DNA of 64,000 nt from assembly GCA_016932315.1 (NCBI GenBank), contig JAFGDD010000008.1, forward strand, positions 8,588 through 72,587. The letters run 5' to 3'. The notes under the pieces are model-generated. The model saw only the letters and a program-made list of their open reading frames with translations. It had not been told where the DNA came from and ran no database searches. The stretch is from Candidatus Woesearchaeota archaeon. Lineage in GTDB: Archaea > Nanobdellota > Nanobdellia > Woesearchaeales > SM23-78. This document shows, piece after piece, positions 9,881-19,583 of the stretch. The translations under genes were made by a program, and so were the position numbers. Position 1 is the stretch's first letter, and each line of letters starts with the position of its first letter.

Positions 9881-10101
9881 GGAAAAAAAGACATTATAAG
9901 TGATGAAAAAAATATTTCAAAAACATTTTAGGTGATATGGTAGACTCGCTACTTTTAGAAAATGGATAATAATTCTACAATTGCTTCAGATCCCAGCGAT
10001 GAAGAGCCTGGCGGTTGTCCCGGCATTCTCTCACGCATACCCTTCGCTTTCCTAGATAGTTCTATAACCGCGCTTCCTGCTTCACACTCACAATTATTTG
10101 C

Positions 10102-10202
10102 AAAAGCCGCCTTTGACAGCCCGTTGGGCGCGACCCCAGTCAAAGCCACCGAACACCTTGACATAAATGTCTGCGGTGTTGTGGCGGGTGGCGGCGGCTT
10201 TT
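10102..10202 (-). repeat. Structured intergenic element, family I, copy A
   Basis: Terminal arms AAAAGCCGCC/GGCGGCTTTT; core GCTTTGACTGGGGTCGCGCCCAACGGGCTGTCAAAGG nearly identical to the copy at 63055. Confidence 0.75.
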
Positions 10203-10247
10203 TCCCTGACGCTTACTAAAAAATCAAAAAGAGGTTGAAGATATACC

Positions 10248-12332
10248 ATGAATCTTAAGGAATTCTGCAACAAATACCCTGAAGTCGTTGATGACATTCA
10301 GAAGGTTAAGAGAGTGTATCCTATGAAGCTCTCTGAATATTATTTAGGATTAATCAAGGAGAAAGGCGACGCCATCTGGAAGCAGTGCATCCCTGACATC
10401 AAAGAGTTAGAGGATAGTTTGAATGACGAGGATCCGTTGTTAGAGGAGGAGTACACTCCTGTTCCATGCCTTGTCCACAGGTATCCTGACAGAGTCTTGC
10501 TTCTTGCCAGCAACAAGTGCGCAATGTATTGCAGGTTCTGCACAAGGAAGAGAAAGGTAGGCAAGGAAGTCACCATAACCAAGGAAATGATATCCAGCGC
10601 AATTGACTACATCAGGCAGCACAAGGAAGTAAGGGACGTGATAATCTCTGGCGGAGATCCATTAATGCTTGACGATGATATTTTAGAATGGATTATTAAG
10701 GGCATCAGGGAAATCAAGCACGTCGAAATAATAAGGATAGGCACAAGGGTTCCTTGCACCTTACCGAGTAGGATTACTCCTGAGCTTGTTAACATGCTAA
10801 AAAAGTATCATCCATTGTTCGTTAACGTGCACTTCGAGCATCCTGCTGAGATTACAGAGGAGAGCAAGAAGGCTTGCGAGTTGTTGGCAGACGCAGGCAT
10901 ACCATTAAACAACCAGGCAGTGCTTCTCAAAGGAGTGAATGATGATGTAAAAGTATTGAAAGAATTATTCCACAAGCTAATCCAAATCAGGGTTAAGCCT
11001 TATTACTTGTACCAGGCAGACCAGGTCAAGGGAACAGAGCACTTCAGGACTACCATAGAGGAAGGCATTGACATAATGCACAAGATGATAGGATTCACCT
11101 CAGGCATGTGCGTGCCCCAATTCATAGTGGACGCTCCTGGAGGAGGAAAAATTCCTTTGCTGCCAGAATATGCTCAGCACAGGACAGAGGAAAGCTTGTT
11201 CCTGAAAAACTTTGAAGGCAAGATAGTGGAGTACAAGAATCCTCTTAGCATAGAGGTCAAAAAGAAATCAACTAGCGGAAGGATGAGGATTGCTGTTGTG
11301 TTCAACATGAAAAAAGAAGCAGCCAAGAACATGCCCGAGGATGCTTATGCAGAGTTTGACGAGATAACAGTGCCCTTGGCCATCAAGAAGGCTTTGGAGA
11401 AAAAAGGACATGTTGCAGAACTGGTTGAGGCTAACGAGAGCTTTGTCGAGAAGATAAAGCAAGGAGATTATGACTTTGTCTTTAACATTGCAGAAGGACT
11501 TAACAGCGGCGCAAGGGAAAGCCAGATACCTGCAATCCTTGACATGTTAGGCATTCCTTACACAGGCTCAGGAGTGCTCACTCAGGCAATAACATTGGAC
11601 AAAACCAGGACTAAGGAAATCCTGATGTATCACGGAGTCCCAACTCCAGGTTATCAGTTGTTCAATCACTGGGATGAGAAGATAAGCAAGAACATAACTT
11701 TTCCATTAATCATCAAGCCTAATGCAGAAGGCTCTTCCAAGGGAATAAGGAATAATTCTCTTGTCAACAATGAGAAAGAGCTTAGAAAAATGGTTAAGTT
11801 CGTTGTTAACAATTATAAACAAGCAGCGCTGGCAGAAGAATACCTTGAAGGAAGAGAGTTTACAGTGTCAATCATAGGCAACAACCCTCCGAAAGTGCTC
11901 CCGATTGTTGAGATAACCTTTGATTACCTGCCTTCTGGAGTTCACAAGTTTGATTCTTACGAAGTCAAATGGTACTGGGACAACCCTACCAATCCTGTTG
12001 ATCCAGTAGTCTGCCCTGCCAAGATTGATGATGAGCTCAGAAAAAAAATAGAAGACGTTGCTCTCAGGGCTTACAAAGCACTGGGCATTGTTGATCTTTG
12101 CAGGATGGACATGAGGCTTGACAAGCAAGGCACTCCGCACGTCATTGACGTCAATGCATTGCCAGGACTGATGCCTGACCCGCTTGAAAACTCAAGATTC
12201 CCAAAGGCCTGCTACACTGCAGGCATGAGCTATGAAAAGATAATCAATACAGTCCTCAGCGAAGCTATGAAGAGGTATGGCTTGCCAGCAGAGACCAAGA
12301 GGTTAAAGCATGCGAGTAGGAATTCTGTATAA
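10248..12332 (+). CDS. KamA-family (lysine 2,3-aminomutase-like) radical SAM enzyme fused to a Ddl-like ATP-grasp domain
   Basis: HRYPDRVL, CAMYCRFCTR, ISGGDPL, DAPGGGK (PLP lysine); second half FNIAEG, PYTGS, IKPNAEGSSKGI, EEYLEGREF, DVNALPG. Confidence 0.92.
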   Translation: MNLKEFCNKYPEVVDDIQKVKRVYPMKLSEYYLGLIKEKGDAIWKQCIPDIKELEDSLNDEDPLLEEEYTPVPCLVHRYPDRVLLLASNKCAMYCRFCTRKRKVGKEVTITKEMISSAIDYIRQHKEVRDVIISGGDPLMLDDDILEWIIKGIREIKHVEIIRIGTRVPCTLPSRITPELVNMLKKYHPLFVNVHFEHPAEITEESKKACELLADAGIPLNNQAVLLKGVNDDVKVLKELFHKLIQIRVKPYYLYQADQVKGTEHFRTTIEEGIDIMHKMIGFTSGMCVPQFIVDAPGGGKIPLLPEYAQHRTEESLFLKNFEGKIVEYKNPLSIEVKKKSTSGRMRIAVVFNMKKEAAKNMPEDAYAEFDEITVPLAIKKALEKKGHVAELVEANESFVEKIKQGDYDFVFNIAEGLNSGARESQIPAILDMLGIPYTGSGVLTQAITLDKTRTKEILMYHGVPTPGYQLFNHWDEKISKNITFPLIIKPNAEGSSKGIRNNSLVNNEKELRKMVKFVVNNYKQAALAEEYLEGREFTVSIIGNNPPKVLPIVEITFDYLPSGVHKFDSYEVKWYWDNPTNPVDPVVCPAKIDDELRKKIEDVALRAYKALGIVDLCRMDMRLDKQGTPHVIDVNALPGLMPDPLENSRFPKACYTAGMSYEKIINTVLSEAMKRYGLPAETKRLKHASRNSV

Positions 12333-13320
12333 CCTCATAGACCAAGTTGAGAAGGGCAATGAGCTTGACAAGCTTGCTGATAATGAAGTCTATCAGACAG
12401 CTAATGCTGTAAAAGAAGCCTTGTCCAAAAAAGGCTACGAAGTAAGCATGGTCAGGATTGCATCTAATGTAAAGTCTCTCAAGAAGCAGATAAAATCATT
12501 AGAAGGCAAAATGGATTTTGTGTTCAACCTCGCTGAAGGAGTAGGCAGTGATGTTACAGAAGAACCAAGAGTAGTCCGTTATCTGAAAAAATCAGGCATC
12601 CCGTTCACAGGCTGCGATGATTATGCGCTTGCATTGTGCATGGACAAGCTCAAGACAAAAAAAGAGCTAATAAAGAATAACATACCGACGCCAGAATTCC
12701 AGCTGTTCAGGAAAGCAGATGATAAAATCAAGGCAAGCCTGAAGTTCCCATTAATAGTCAAGCCAGTGCACGAGGACGGAAGCATAGGCATAACAGAGGA
12801 CTCCATTGTTTATGATAATAAGCAGCTAAAAAGAAAAGTAAGAGATGTACTCACCAATTACAAGCAGCCAGCACTGGTAGAGGAATACATTGACGGCAGA
12901 GAGATTAACGTCGCCCTCCTTGGCAATGGCAAGCTCGAAGCGCTTCCATTGTCAGAGATAATATTTAATTTCCCCAACGGAACACCAAAGATTGTTTCTT
13001 TCGAGGCCAAATGGATTGAGGATTCTGAGCAGTACAAGGGAACAATAGGAAAATGCCCTGCAGACCTCCCTCAAGATATCCAAGAGAGGCTCTCTTCAAC
13101 TGCCAAAAAGGCTTTCCAGGTGGTTAAGTGCAGGGATTATGGAAGAGTTGACTTCAGAGTGAGAGGAGATGATGTTTATGTGCTTGAGGTGAACCCCAAC
13201 CCCTGCATCAACCCTGTCGGAGCAGGCTTCATACGCTCTGCAAACGCAGCAGGTCTCAGCTATGACGACGTAGTCACCAGGATTGTTGAGATTGCATATA
13301 AAAGGCATTCTGAGAAGTAA
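12310..13320 (+). CDS. D-Ala-D-Ala-ligase-like ATP-grasp enzyme
   Basis: FNLAEG, PFTG, VKPVHEDGSIGI, EEYIDGREI, SFEAKW, RVDFR, EVNPNP; overlaps upstream gene. Confidence 0.9.
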   Translation: MRVGILYNLIDQVEKGNELDKLADNEVYQTANAVKEALSKKGYEVSMVRIASNVKSLKKQIKSLEGKMDFVFNLAEGVGSDVTEEPRVVRYLKKSGIPFTGCDDYALALCMDKLKTKKELIKNNIPTPEFQLFRKADDKIKASLKFPLIVKPVHEDGSIGITEDSIVYDNKQLKRKVRDVLTNYKQPALVEEYIDGREINVALLGNGKLEALPLSEIIFNFPNGTPKIVSFEAKWIEDSEQYKGTIGKCPADLPQDIQERLSSTAKKAFQVVKCRDYGRVDFRVRGDDVYVLEVNPNPCINPVGAGFIRSANAAGLSYDDVVTRIVEIAYKRHSEK

Positions 13321-13598
13321 GCATTAAAAATTTCTATGTGCCAATATTGCGAGCTGATGCCAGAAATTTTATCAGTCAAAAAAAGTTAGAATTAATAAAA
13401 AAAAAATATTTTTCTCTTTTGCGAAACATTTTTATAATCCAAAAATAAAAAAATTATAGAAAAAAAATAAGAATTTTTTTATCGACGACAAAAAAATAAT
13501 CGGAAAAAAACAATACTTTCTGATTAAAAAATAAAAAAATAGAAAAAAAGCAGGAAAAATAAAAAAAATAGCAAAAAAAAGATTATCTTAATCTAAAA

Positions 13599-14621
13599 AT
13601 GAAGGTCGCAATTGTTTATTCAGATGGTGAACAGACAACCCTTAACGGAGCTGATGACTATAAAGGAAGGAATGATGATACCAACCTGAAAAATGTTGAG
13701 GAAGCCATTAAAAGCCTTAACCATGAAGTAATCAAGCTGAACGCTGATGAAAAAATTTTCTCCAAGCTTCTGGAATTAAAAGACCAAATTGATATTATAT
13801 ACAACCTCGCAGAAGAAGGCTACAGCTTAGATATACACACAGAGCCACATATGGCAGCGCTATTTGAGATGCTTGGATTCAAGTTCACAGGCTCAAACTA
13901 CTTGTGCTTAGCCAACTGCCTTGACAAGATAAGGGCTAAGCAATTATTTGTCGTCAACGGCTTATCAACGCCTAACTTTATGATATTCAACAAAGAAATC
14001 ACTACTGATGTTAAGATTAACGGCTTGAAATTCCCGCTCATAGTAAAGCCAGGGAAAAGCGACGGGAGCATAGGCATACGGCGGAATTCTGTTGTCGAGA
14101 ATAGTGAGCAGCTGGTGATGAAAGTAAACGAGGTCATACAAACCTACGAGCAGCCAGCGCTGGTGGAAGAATTCATCGACGGCAGAGAAGTAAATGTAGC
14201 CATCTTAGGCAACAAGAGGCTTACAGTGCTTCCAATGTCTGAGATAATATTTGACTTGCCTGAAGAGGACTGGAACTTTGTGCCATACGAAGCAAAATGG
14301 CTGACCAAGACCAAATACTACAAAGGAACAACGCCAAAATGCCCTGCAGAGATAGAGCCCGCGCTAAAAGAAGAAATTGAAGAGCTTGCAAAAAAAGCTT
14401 ATACGCTCATGGGAGTCAGGGGCTATGGGAGAGTAGACTTCAGGATTGACGCCAACAACAAGCCTTACATACTCGAAGTTAACCCAAACCCTGACATATC
14501 CCGCGATGCAGGACTCGCAAGAATGATATCAGTTCATGGAATGACTTACGAAGACTTGATAGAAAAAATTCTAAGAATGGGAGTTAACAAGGACGAGCAA
14601 GACATTAGGATTCTAATATAA
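13599..14621 (+). CDS. D-Ala-D-Ala-ligase-like ATP-grasp enzyme (third ATP-grasp domain)
   Basis: YNLAEE, FTGS, VKPGKSDGSIGI, EEFIDGREV, YEAKW, EVNPNP. Confidence 0.9.
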   Translation: MKVAIVYSDGEQTTLNGADDYKGRNDDTNLKNVEEAIKSLNHEVIKLNADEKIFSKLLELKDQIDIIYNLAEEGYSLDIHTEPHMAALFEMLGFKFTGSNYLCLANCLDKIRAKQLFVVNGLSTPNFMIFNKEITTDVKINGLKFPLIVKPGKSDGSIGIRRNSVVENSEQLVMKVNEVIQTYEQPALVEEFIDGREVNVAILGNKRLTVLPMSEIIFDLPEEDWNFVPYEAKWLTKTKYYKGTTPKCPAEIEPALKEEIEELAKKAYTLMGVRGYGRVDFRIDANNKPYILEVNPNPDISRDAGLARMISVHGMTYEDLIEKILRMGVNKDEQDIRILI

Positions 14622-14685
14622 AACACGCCTTTACACCAAGCTTTTTTTCCAAAAAATTTATATTATATTAAACTTACCTGCACTT

Positions 14686-15618
14686 ATGCAAATAAATGAT
14701 TTAATATTCCGAGAATTAGTAAAAAGAGGCTATGCGCTTGAGAGTCAAACTCGGGTCTGGAATGTTGCTGATTCTAAATTATGGTATCTCACTCCAAAAC
14801 AAGCTCAAGGTTTTCTAGATCTAGAAAAGAACCCTGCATACAAGAAAAGCATTATTGACAATGAGATAAAATTAATAAAAAAACACCTGAAAGACTTGCT
14901 CATTACAACCCAAGGCTCAATCAATATTATTGATCTCGGATGCGGTGATGGCAAGAAAGCTTCACTTTTCATAAAAGATCTGTCAAAACATATCAAAGTC
15001 AGGTATTGCCCTATTGATATAAGCGCATATATGGTGTCCAAAGCTGCAAAAACAATCCGTCAAATGAAAATTGGTGAAGTTTTAGAGTTTAAATGGAACA
15101 TATCTGATTTTGAGAATCTGAACAATATTACCCCCCTTTTCAGAGATCAACCATATAATACCCATTTTATGATGCTTCTGGGAAATACTTTGGGTAATTT
15201 TGAAGGTAAAGACTTACTCCACGGCATAAAGAAAAGCATGGAAAAGAACGATGTTCTGATCATTGGAAATGGTCTTAGTGATCATGGAAAAAATTTATCG
15301 CAGCCGTACAAGAACAAGCTATTGGATAAATTCCTCATTCATGTTATTAAGCAGATTGGCTTGAAGCCATCAGAAGTTAAATATGGCGCTCGATTCAAGA
15401 ATTCAAGAGTAGAAATGTTTTATGTAGTGAAAAAAGATAAGCTCTTAAACCATTTGGGAAGGCGTATTCATTTCAAATCAGGTGATTTAATAGTTACAGC
15501 CATTTCTTATAAGTACAGCAAATCTGGTTTTATAAAAATGCTTTCGTATTTCTTCTCAAATATAAAAACTTACACTGATGCTCACAACACATATGCCTTG
15601 TCTATATGTAAAAAATAA
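14686..15618 (+). CDS. EgtD-like (Methyltransf_33) SAM-dependent methyltransferase
   Basis: KLWY, IIDLGCGDGKK, YCPIDIS, LLGNTLGNF, ISYKYS. Confidence 0.75.
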   Translation: MQINDLIFRELVKRGYALESQTRVWNVADSKLWYLTPKQAQGFLDLEKNPAYKKSIIDNEIKLIKKHLKDLLITTQGSINIIDLGCGDGKKASLFIKDLSKHIKVRYCPIDISAYMVSKAAKTIRQMKIGEVLEFKWNISDFENLNNITPLFRDQPYNTHFMMLLGNTLGNFEGKDLLHGIKKSMEKNDVLIIGNGLSDHGKNLSQPYKNKLLDKFLIHVIKQIGLKPSEVKYGARFKNSRVEMFYVVKKDKLLNHLGRRIHFKSGDLIVTAISYKYSKSGFIKMLSYFFSNIKTYTDAHNTYALSICKK

Positions 15619-15686
15619 TTTTCTCTTAATTAAGATTTCGCATCATTTTCACAAAAATTTATAAATAGCATTCCAACTTTATAGTT

Positions 15687-17309
15687 ATGCCTGATAAGAA
15701 GAAGAGCAACAAGAAATTCATTGTTGTGACAGGCGGCGTTCTCTCTGGCTTGGGCAAAGGAGTTGCTGCTGCGAGCATTGGAAATCTCATAACAAATGCT
15801 GGCTTGAAGGTGGTTCCTATCAAGTGCGACGGCTACCTTAATGTTGATCCTGGCACTATGAATCCTACTGAGCACGGAGAAGTTTTTGTTCTTGACGACG
15901 GCGGAGAAGTTGACATGGACTTCGGCCATTATGAAAGATTCCTTGGAGTTACTTGCAAGTTCGGCTGGAGTGTGACCATGGGCAAGGTTTATGAGCAAAT
16001 CAGGGTTAAGGAGAGAAGAGGGGATTATCTTGGCAAGACTGTCCAGCTCATCCCTCACGTTACTGACCTTATCAAGCAAATCTTTTATGACATAGCCAAT
16101 CAGGAAGACGCTGACGTTGTAATCATAGAGATCGGTGGAACTATTGGTGATATTGAGAATGAGTTGTTCGTTGAGGCTTGCCGCCAATTAAAGCGCGACA
16201 TAGGAGAAGACAAGGTTATGTATGCCCATCTCACTTATATTCCTATTCCTTCAAATGTTCATGAGCAGAAGAGCAAGCCGACCCAGCAATCTGTTGCTTT
16301 GCTAAGGGAGAGAGGCATTGAGCCTAACATTGTTATCGGCAGGTGCTCTGAATACCTTGATGAAAAGATAAAGGATAAGATAAGCACTTTCTGCGACATT
16401 GAAAAGAAAGCAGTCATCACAGGATTGGATGTTGATTCTGTCTACAAGATTCCTATCATCTTCTCAGAAGAAGGCATTAATGAGATTATAAAGGAAAAGC
16501 TAGGAATTAATTCAGGGGTGAAGCCTGAATGGAAGCAGCTGGTTGGCAACCTTGCAAAGCTTGACAAGGAAGTAAACATTGCCATCTGCGGCAAGTATAC
16601 AAAGCTTGAAGACTCCTATGCCAGCATTGTCGAGGCTATGAGGCATTGCAGTGCGAATTTGAAAGCAAAAATTCACATCAAAATGATTGATACTGAAAAA
16701 GTAAAAAATCAAGAAGACGCATCAAACCTATTGAAAGGCATTAATGGAGTTATTGTTCCTGGTGGCTTTGGCTCTCGCGGAGTAGAAGGCAAAATCCAAG
16801 TCATACAGTATTGCAGGGAAAACAACATGCCCTTCCTTGGAATATGCTTAGGCTTGCAATTAGCAACAGTAGAGTTCGCTAGGAATGTTTGCGGATTAAA
16901 GAATGCTAATCATGCTGAAATGGCTCCTGACACAAAAGAGCCAGTCATCGACATCCTTCCTGAGCAGAAAAAAATAACCGACAAAGGAGGAACCATGAGG
17001 CTCGGAGCTTATCCTGCTGTTATGAAAGAAAAAACAATCATATGGGAGCTTTACGGCAAGCAAAAACAGGTTTCTGAAAGGCACAGGCACAGGTATGAGG
17101 TAAATCCTGAGTATCACAAGGGCTTGCTGGACAATGGCATGATCTTCTCAGGCATGAGTCCAGACGGAAAGCTAGTTGAGTTCATAGAATTGCCAAAACA
17201 AAAGCACAAGTACTTCGTAGGAACCCAGGCACACCCTGAGCTAAAGAGCAAGCTGGAAAAGCCAGGGCCATTGTTCTACGGACTGATAAAGGCTTGCATT
17301 GAGAAATAA
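15687..17309 (+). CDS. pyrG: CTP synthase
   Basis: TGGVLSGLGKG, GEVFV, GICLG, ERHRHRYE, QAHPE. Confidence 0.97.
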   Translation: MPDKKKSNKKFIVVTGGVLSGLGKGVAAASIGNLITNAGLKVVPIKCDGYLNVDPGTMNPTEHGEVFVLDDGGEVDMDFGHYERFLGVTCKFGWSVTMGKVYEQIRVKERRGDYLGKTVQLIPHVTDLIKQIFYDIANQEDADVVIIEIGGTIGDIENELFVEACRQLKRDIGEDKVMYAHLTYIPIPSNVHEQKSKPTQQSVALLRERGIEPNIVIGRCSEYLDEKIKDKISTFCDIEKKAVITGLDVDSVYKIPIIFSEEGINEIIKEKLGINSGVKPEWKQLVGNLAKLDKEVNIAICGKYTKLEDSYASIVEAMRHCSANLKAKIHIKMIDTEKVKNQEDASNLLKGINGVIVPGGFGSRGVEGKIQVIQYCRENNMPFLGICLGLQLATVEFARNVCGLKNANHAEMAPDTKEPVIDILPEQKKITDKGGTMRLGAYPAVMKEKTIIWELYGKQKQVSERHRHRYEVNPEYHKGLLDNGMIFSGMSPDGKLVEFIELPKQKHKYFVGTQAHPELKSKLEKPGPLFYGLIKACIEK

Positions 17310-17327
17310 GTTTTAGTTATGATTTAA

Positions 17328-17439
17328 AAAAAGTTGCCGCCACCAGCCGCTGCACCGCAAAAATTTTTATTAAAAATTTTAAGGTGCGTGGTGGCTTGCT
17401 CGGGGGTTGCCCCAACCGGGGTGAGCAAGGCGACTTTTT
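17328..17439 (+). repeat. Structured intergenic element, family I, copy B (between convergent pyrG and glnA)
   Basis: Arms AAAAAGTTGCC/GGCGACTTTTT; TTGCTC-GGGGGTTGC-CCCAACCGGGGT-GAGCAA core. Confidence 0.75.
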
Positions 17440-17443
17440 CAAT

Positions 17444-18907
17444 TCATAGTATCGGCAGCAACTGCTCTGTTTCGTATCTTGAAAGCTTTGAATCATCTGG
17501 CAATAATTCTTTGCTATAAGCCTTGCTTTTCGCAAGTTCTTTTCTTTTTATCCTCACAAAGTCTGATAGGAATCTTTCGCCAACAACGGTCCTTACTAGC
17601 TCGCTCTTCTCTGCAAGGTTAACAGCTTGTTCAAGGCTAGCTGGCAGACTCTTGATTCCAAGCCTTTCTCTCTCCTCTTGGCTTATGTGATAAACATCAA
17701 GGTTGCTAGGCATTGGCTTTGCAAGTTTCTGCTCTATTCCTTTGAGTCCTGCGCTTATCATCATGGATAATGCAAGGTAAGGATTAGCTGCTGGATCTGC
17801 GCTTCTTAATTCTAGCCTTGCTGCTTTTTCATGGCCTGGCTCGTATTCTGGCTTTCTTATCAGGTTGCTTCTGTTCTGCGGGTCCCAGCAAATATATACT
17901 GGCGCTTCAAATCCTGGCACTAGCCTTCTGTAAGAGTTAGTCCATTGGTTAAGGAATGCTGTAATCTCAGGAACATATTGCATTAATCCTGCCATGTACT
18001 GGTAAGCTGTTTCTGACAATTCATGCTCATCATCTTTATCATAGAAAAGGTTTTTTTCAATCTTGTTTCCTTCTTTGCTGAACAATGACTGGTGGACGTG
18101 CATTCCGCTGCCATTAACTCCAATAACTGGCTTGGGCATGAAGCTGGCAAATAATCCGTGGGCATTGGCTACTCTTTTTGCAGCATACCTGTAAAGCATC
18201 ATGAAGTCTGCCATATCTAATGCATTCATGTAGTGCACATCAACTTCGTGCTGGCTTGGAGCTGCTTCATGATGGTCGTATTCAAACCTATAACCCATTT
18301 CTGACATTAGAAGTTGTATTTCCTTTCTTACAATCCCATATTTTCCTCCTTTAAAGTATCCTCCTTCATCAATTAACACGGGCTTATCATCAATTATCAA
18401 TGGATTTCCTTCATCATCTGCTTTGAACAGGAAGAACTCAAGCTCTGGACCAACATTGACTGTGTCTGCTCCTGCAACTTGTTTTGCTCTTGCAAGTGTT
18501 TTTTTAAGCTTGGTCCTTGAGTCATAAACATACTCGCCATTCTCTGGGTCTATTATGTCGCCAAAAATGATGAGTTCCTTCCACTTCCTTTCAAAGCCAG
18601 GAGTCTTGGTATTGTAAACAACCGGGAAGACTCTCGCAGTGTTCGGGTCAAAAGAAGCCAGCTTATCGCTCTCTTTTATTCTTTCTGGGTAAAGCGAGCT
18701 TGCGTCAAACCCTTTATTTAATGATTTCTTGTCAACCTCGCCAGCTGGCACTGTGAAGCTGCACTCTCTCTCGCCTAGCATGTCTGCTGTTATGAATCTG
18801 ACAAACCTTATCTCTGGCGTGTTGCGCAGCGTATGAATAAGGTCATCAATGTCTTCAAAGCCATAATTCTTTATGTTCCAATCTTTGTTATCAAATTCCT
18901 CTTGCAT
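17444..18907 (-). CDS. glnA: Glutamine synthetase type I
   Basis: GFDASS, GPELEFFLF, HHE, FMPKP, GSGMHVHQS, NSYRRLVPGFEAP, RLELRS, ANPYL. Confidence 0.88.
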   Translation of the reverse strand: MQEEFDNKDWNIKNYGFEDIDDLIHTLRNTPEIRFVRFITADMLGERECSFTVPAGEVDKKSLNKGFDASSLYPERIKESDKLASFDPNTARVFPVVYNTKTPGFERKWKELIIFGDIIDPENGEYVYDSRTKLKKTLARAKQVAGADTVNVGPELEFFLFKADDEGNPLIIDDKPVLIDEGGYFKGGKYGIVRKEIQLLMSEMGYRFEYDHHEAAPSQHEVDVHYMNALDMADFMMLYRYAAKRVANAHGLFASFMPKPVIGVNGSGMHVHQSLFSKEGNKIEKNLFYDKDDEHELSETAYQYMAGLMQYVPEITAFLNQWTNSYRRLVPGFEAPVYICWDPQNRSNLIRKPEYEPGHEKAARLELRSADPAANPYLALSMMISAGLKGIEQKLAKPMPSNLDVYHISQEERERLGIKSLPASLEQAVNLAEKSELVRTVVGERFLSDFVRIKRKELAKSKAYSKELLPDDSKLSRYETEQLLPIL

Positions 18908-19093
18908 CAGAAATCACCTCTTGCTCCATGTTACAACACAGCCGGAAATACATATAAATAATTTTAGGCATTTTTATTATAAAATTTTTTAATAAAAAGG
19001 ATAAATTTAAATAAATGTTTAATTTTCAGCTAAAAAATAATATTAAGACCAAACAAACGTTCAGTTTGGTTTTTTGGGATTGAGGGTGGGAGG

Positions 19094-19579
19094 ATGAAGC
19101 ATTCTGAAGTTGAGATTGATGGTATTGACAAGAAGATAATCAACAACCTGATTGACAATGCAAGGTACTCCTACAGGCAATTAGCTGGCAAGGTAGGAGT
19201 TTCTGTAGCTACTGTGATGAACAGGGTGAAGAGGCTTGAAAAGGCAGGAGTCATCGCAAAGTACACTATTGGGGTAAAGTATTCTTTCATAGGCTACGAC
19301 ATGCAAATCATAATGGACGTGCGCGTATCCAAGGGAAAGCTCTCTGAAGTAGAGGAGAAAATTGCAAAGCACCCGAATGTTTTTGCAGTCTACGATAACA
19401 CAGGACCGTTTGACGCTACAATAATCGCCAAGTTCAAGGATAGGAGGAGCGCAGACGCCTTTATCAAGCAAGTCCAGAAATATGATTTTGTTGAGAGAAC
19501 AGAGACCAAGCTGCTTCTCAAAACAGTAACAGAGCACATGATAAAGCTGCCAATCAATCCAAACAATAATGGTAACTGA
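19094..19579 (+). CDS. Lrp/AsnC family transcriptional regulator, divergent from glnA
   Basis: IDKKII...NARYSYRQLA...RVKRLEKAGVI HTH; TGPFD RAM domain. Confidence 0.92.
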   Translation: MKHSEVEIDGIDKKIINNLIDNARYSYRQLAGKVGVSVATVMNRVKRLEKAGVIAKYTIGVKYSFIGYDMQIIMDVRVSKGKLSEVEEKIAKHPNVFAVYDNTGPFDATIIAKFKDRRSADAFIKQVQKYDFVERTETKLLLKTVTEHMIKLPINPNNNGN

Positions 19580-19583
19580 CTCG

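Noticed and set aside
13321..13598. Extremely A-rich spacer as a tandem repeat or ncRNA
   Set aside because: No periodic unit or convincing structure; treated as low-complexity promoter DNA apart from the 12-bp motif.
10248..14621. Ddl-like genes as evidence of peptidoglycan synthesis or bacterial contamination
   Set aside because: No mur, alr or mraY genes; flanking genes and signals are archaeal; the ligases are tied to KamA.
17317..17535. Short ORFs over the family I copies (also 43889-44321 and 63015-63266)
   Set aside because: They arise from GC-rich palindromic repeats and have no RBS or recognisable motifs.
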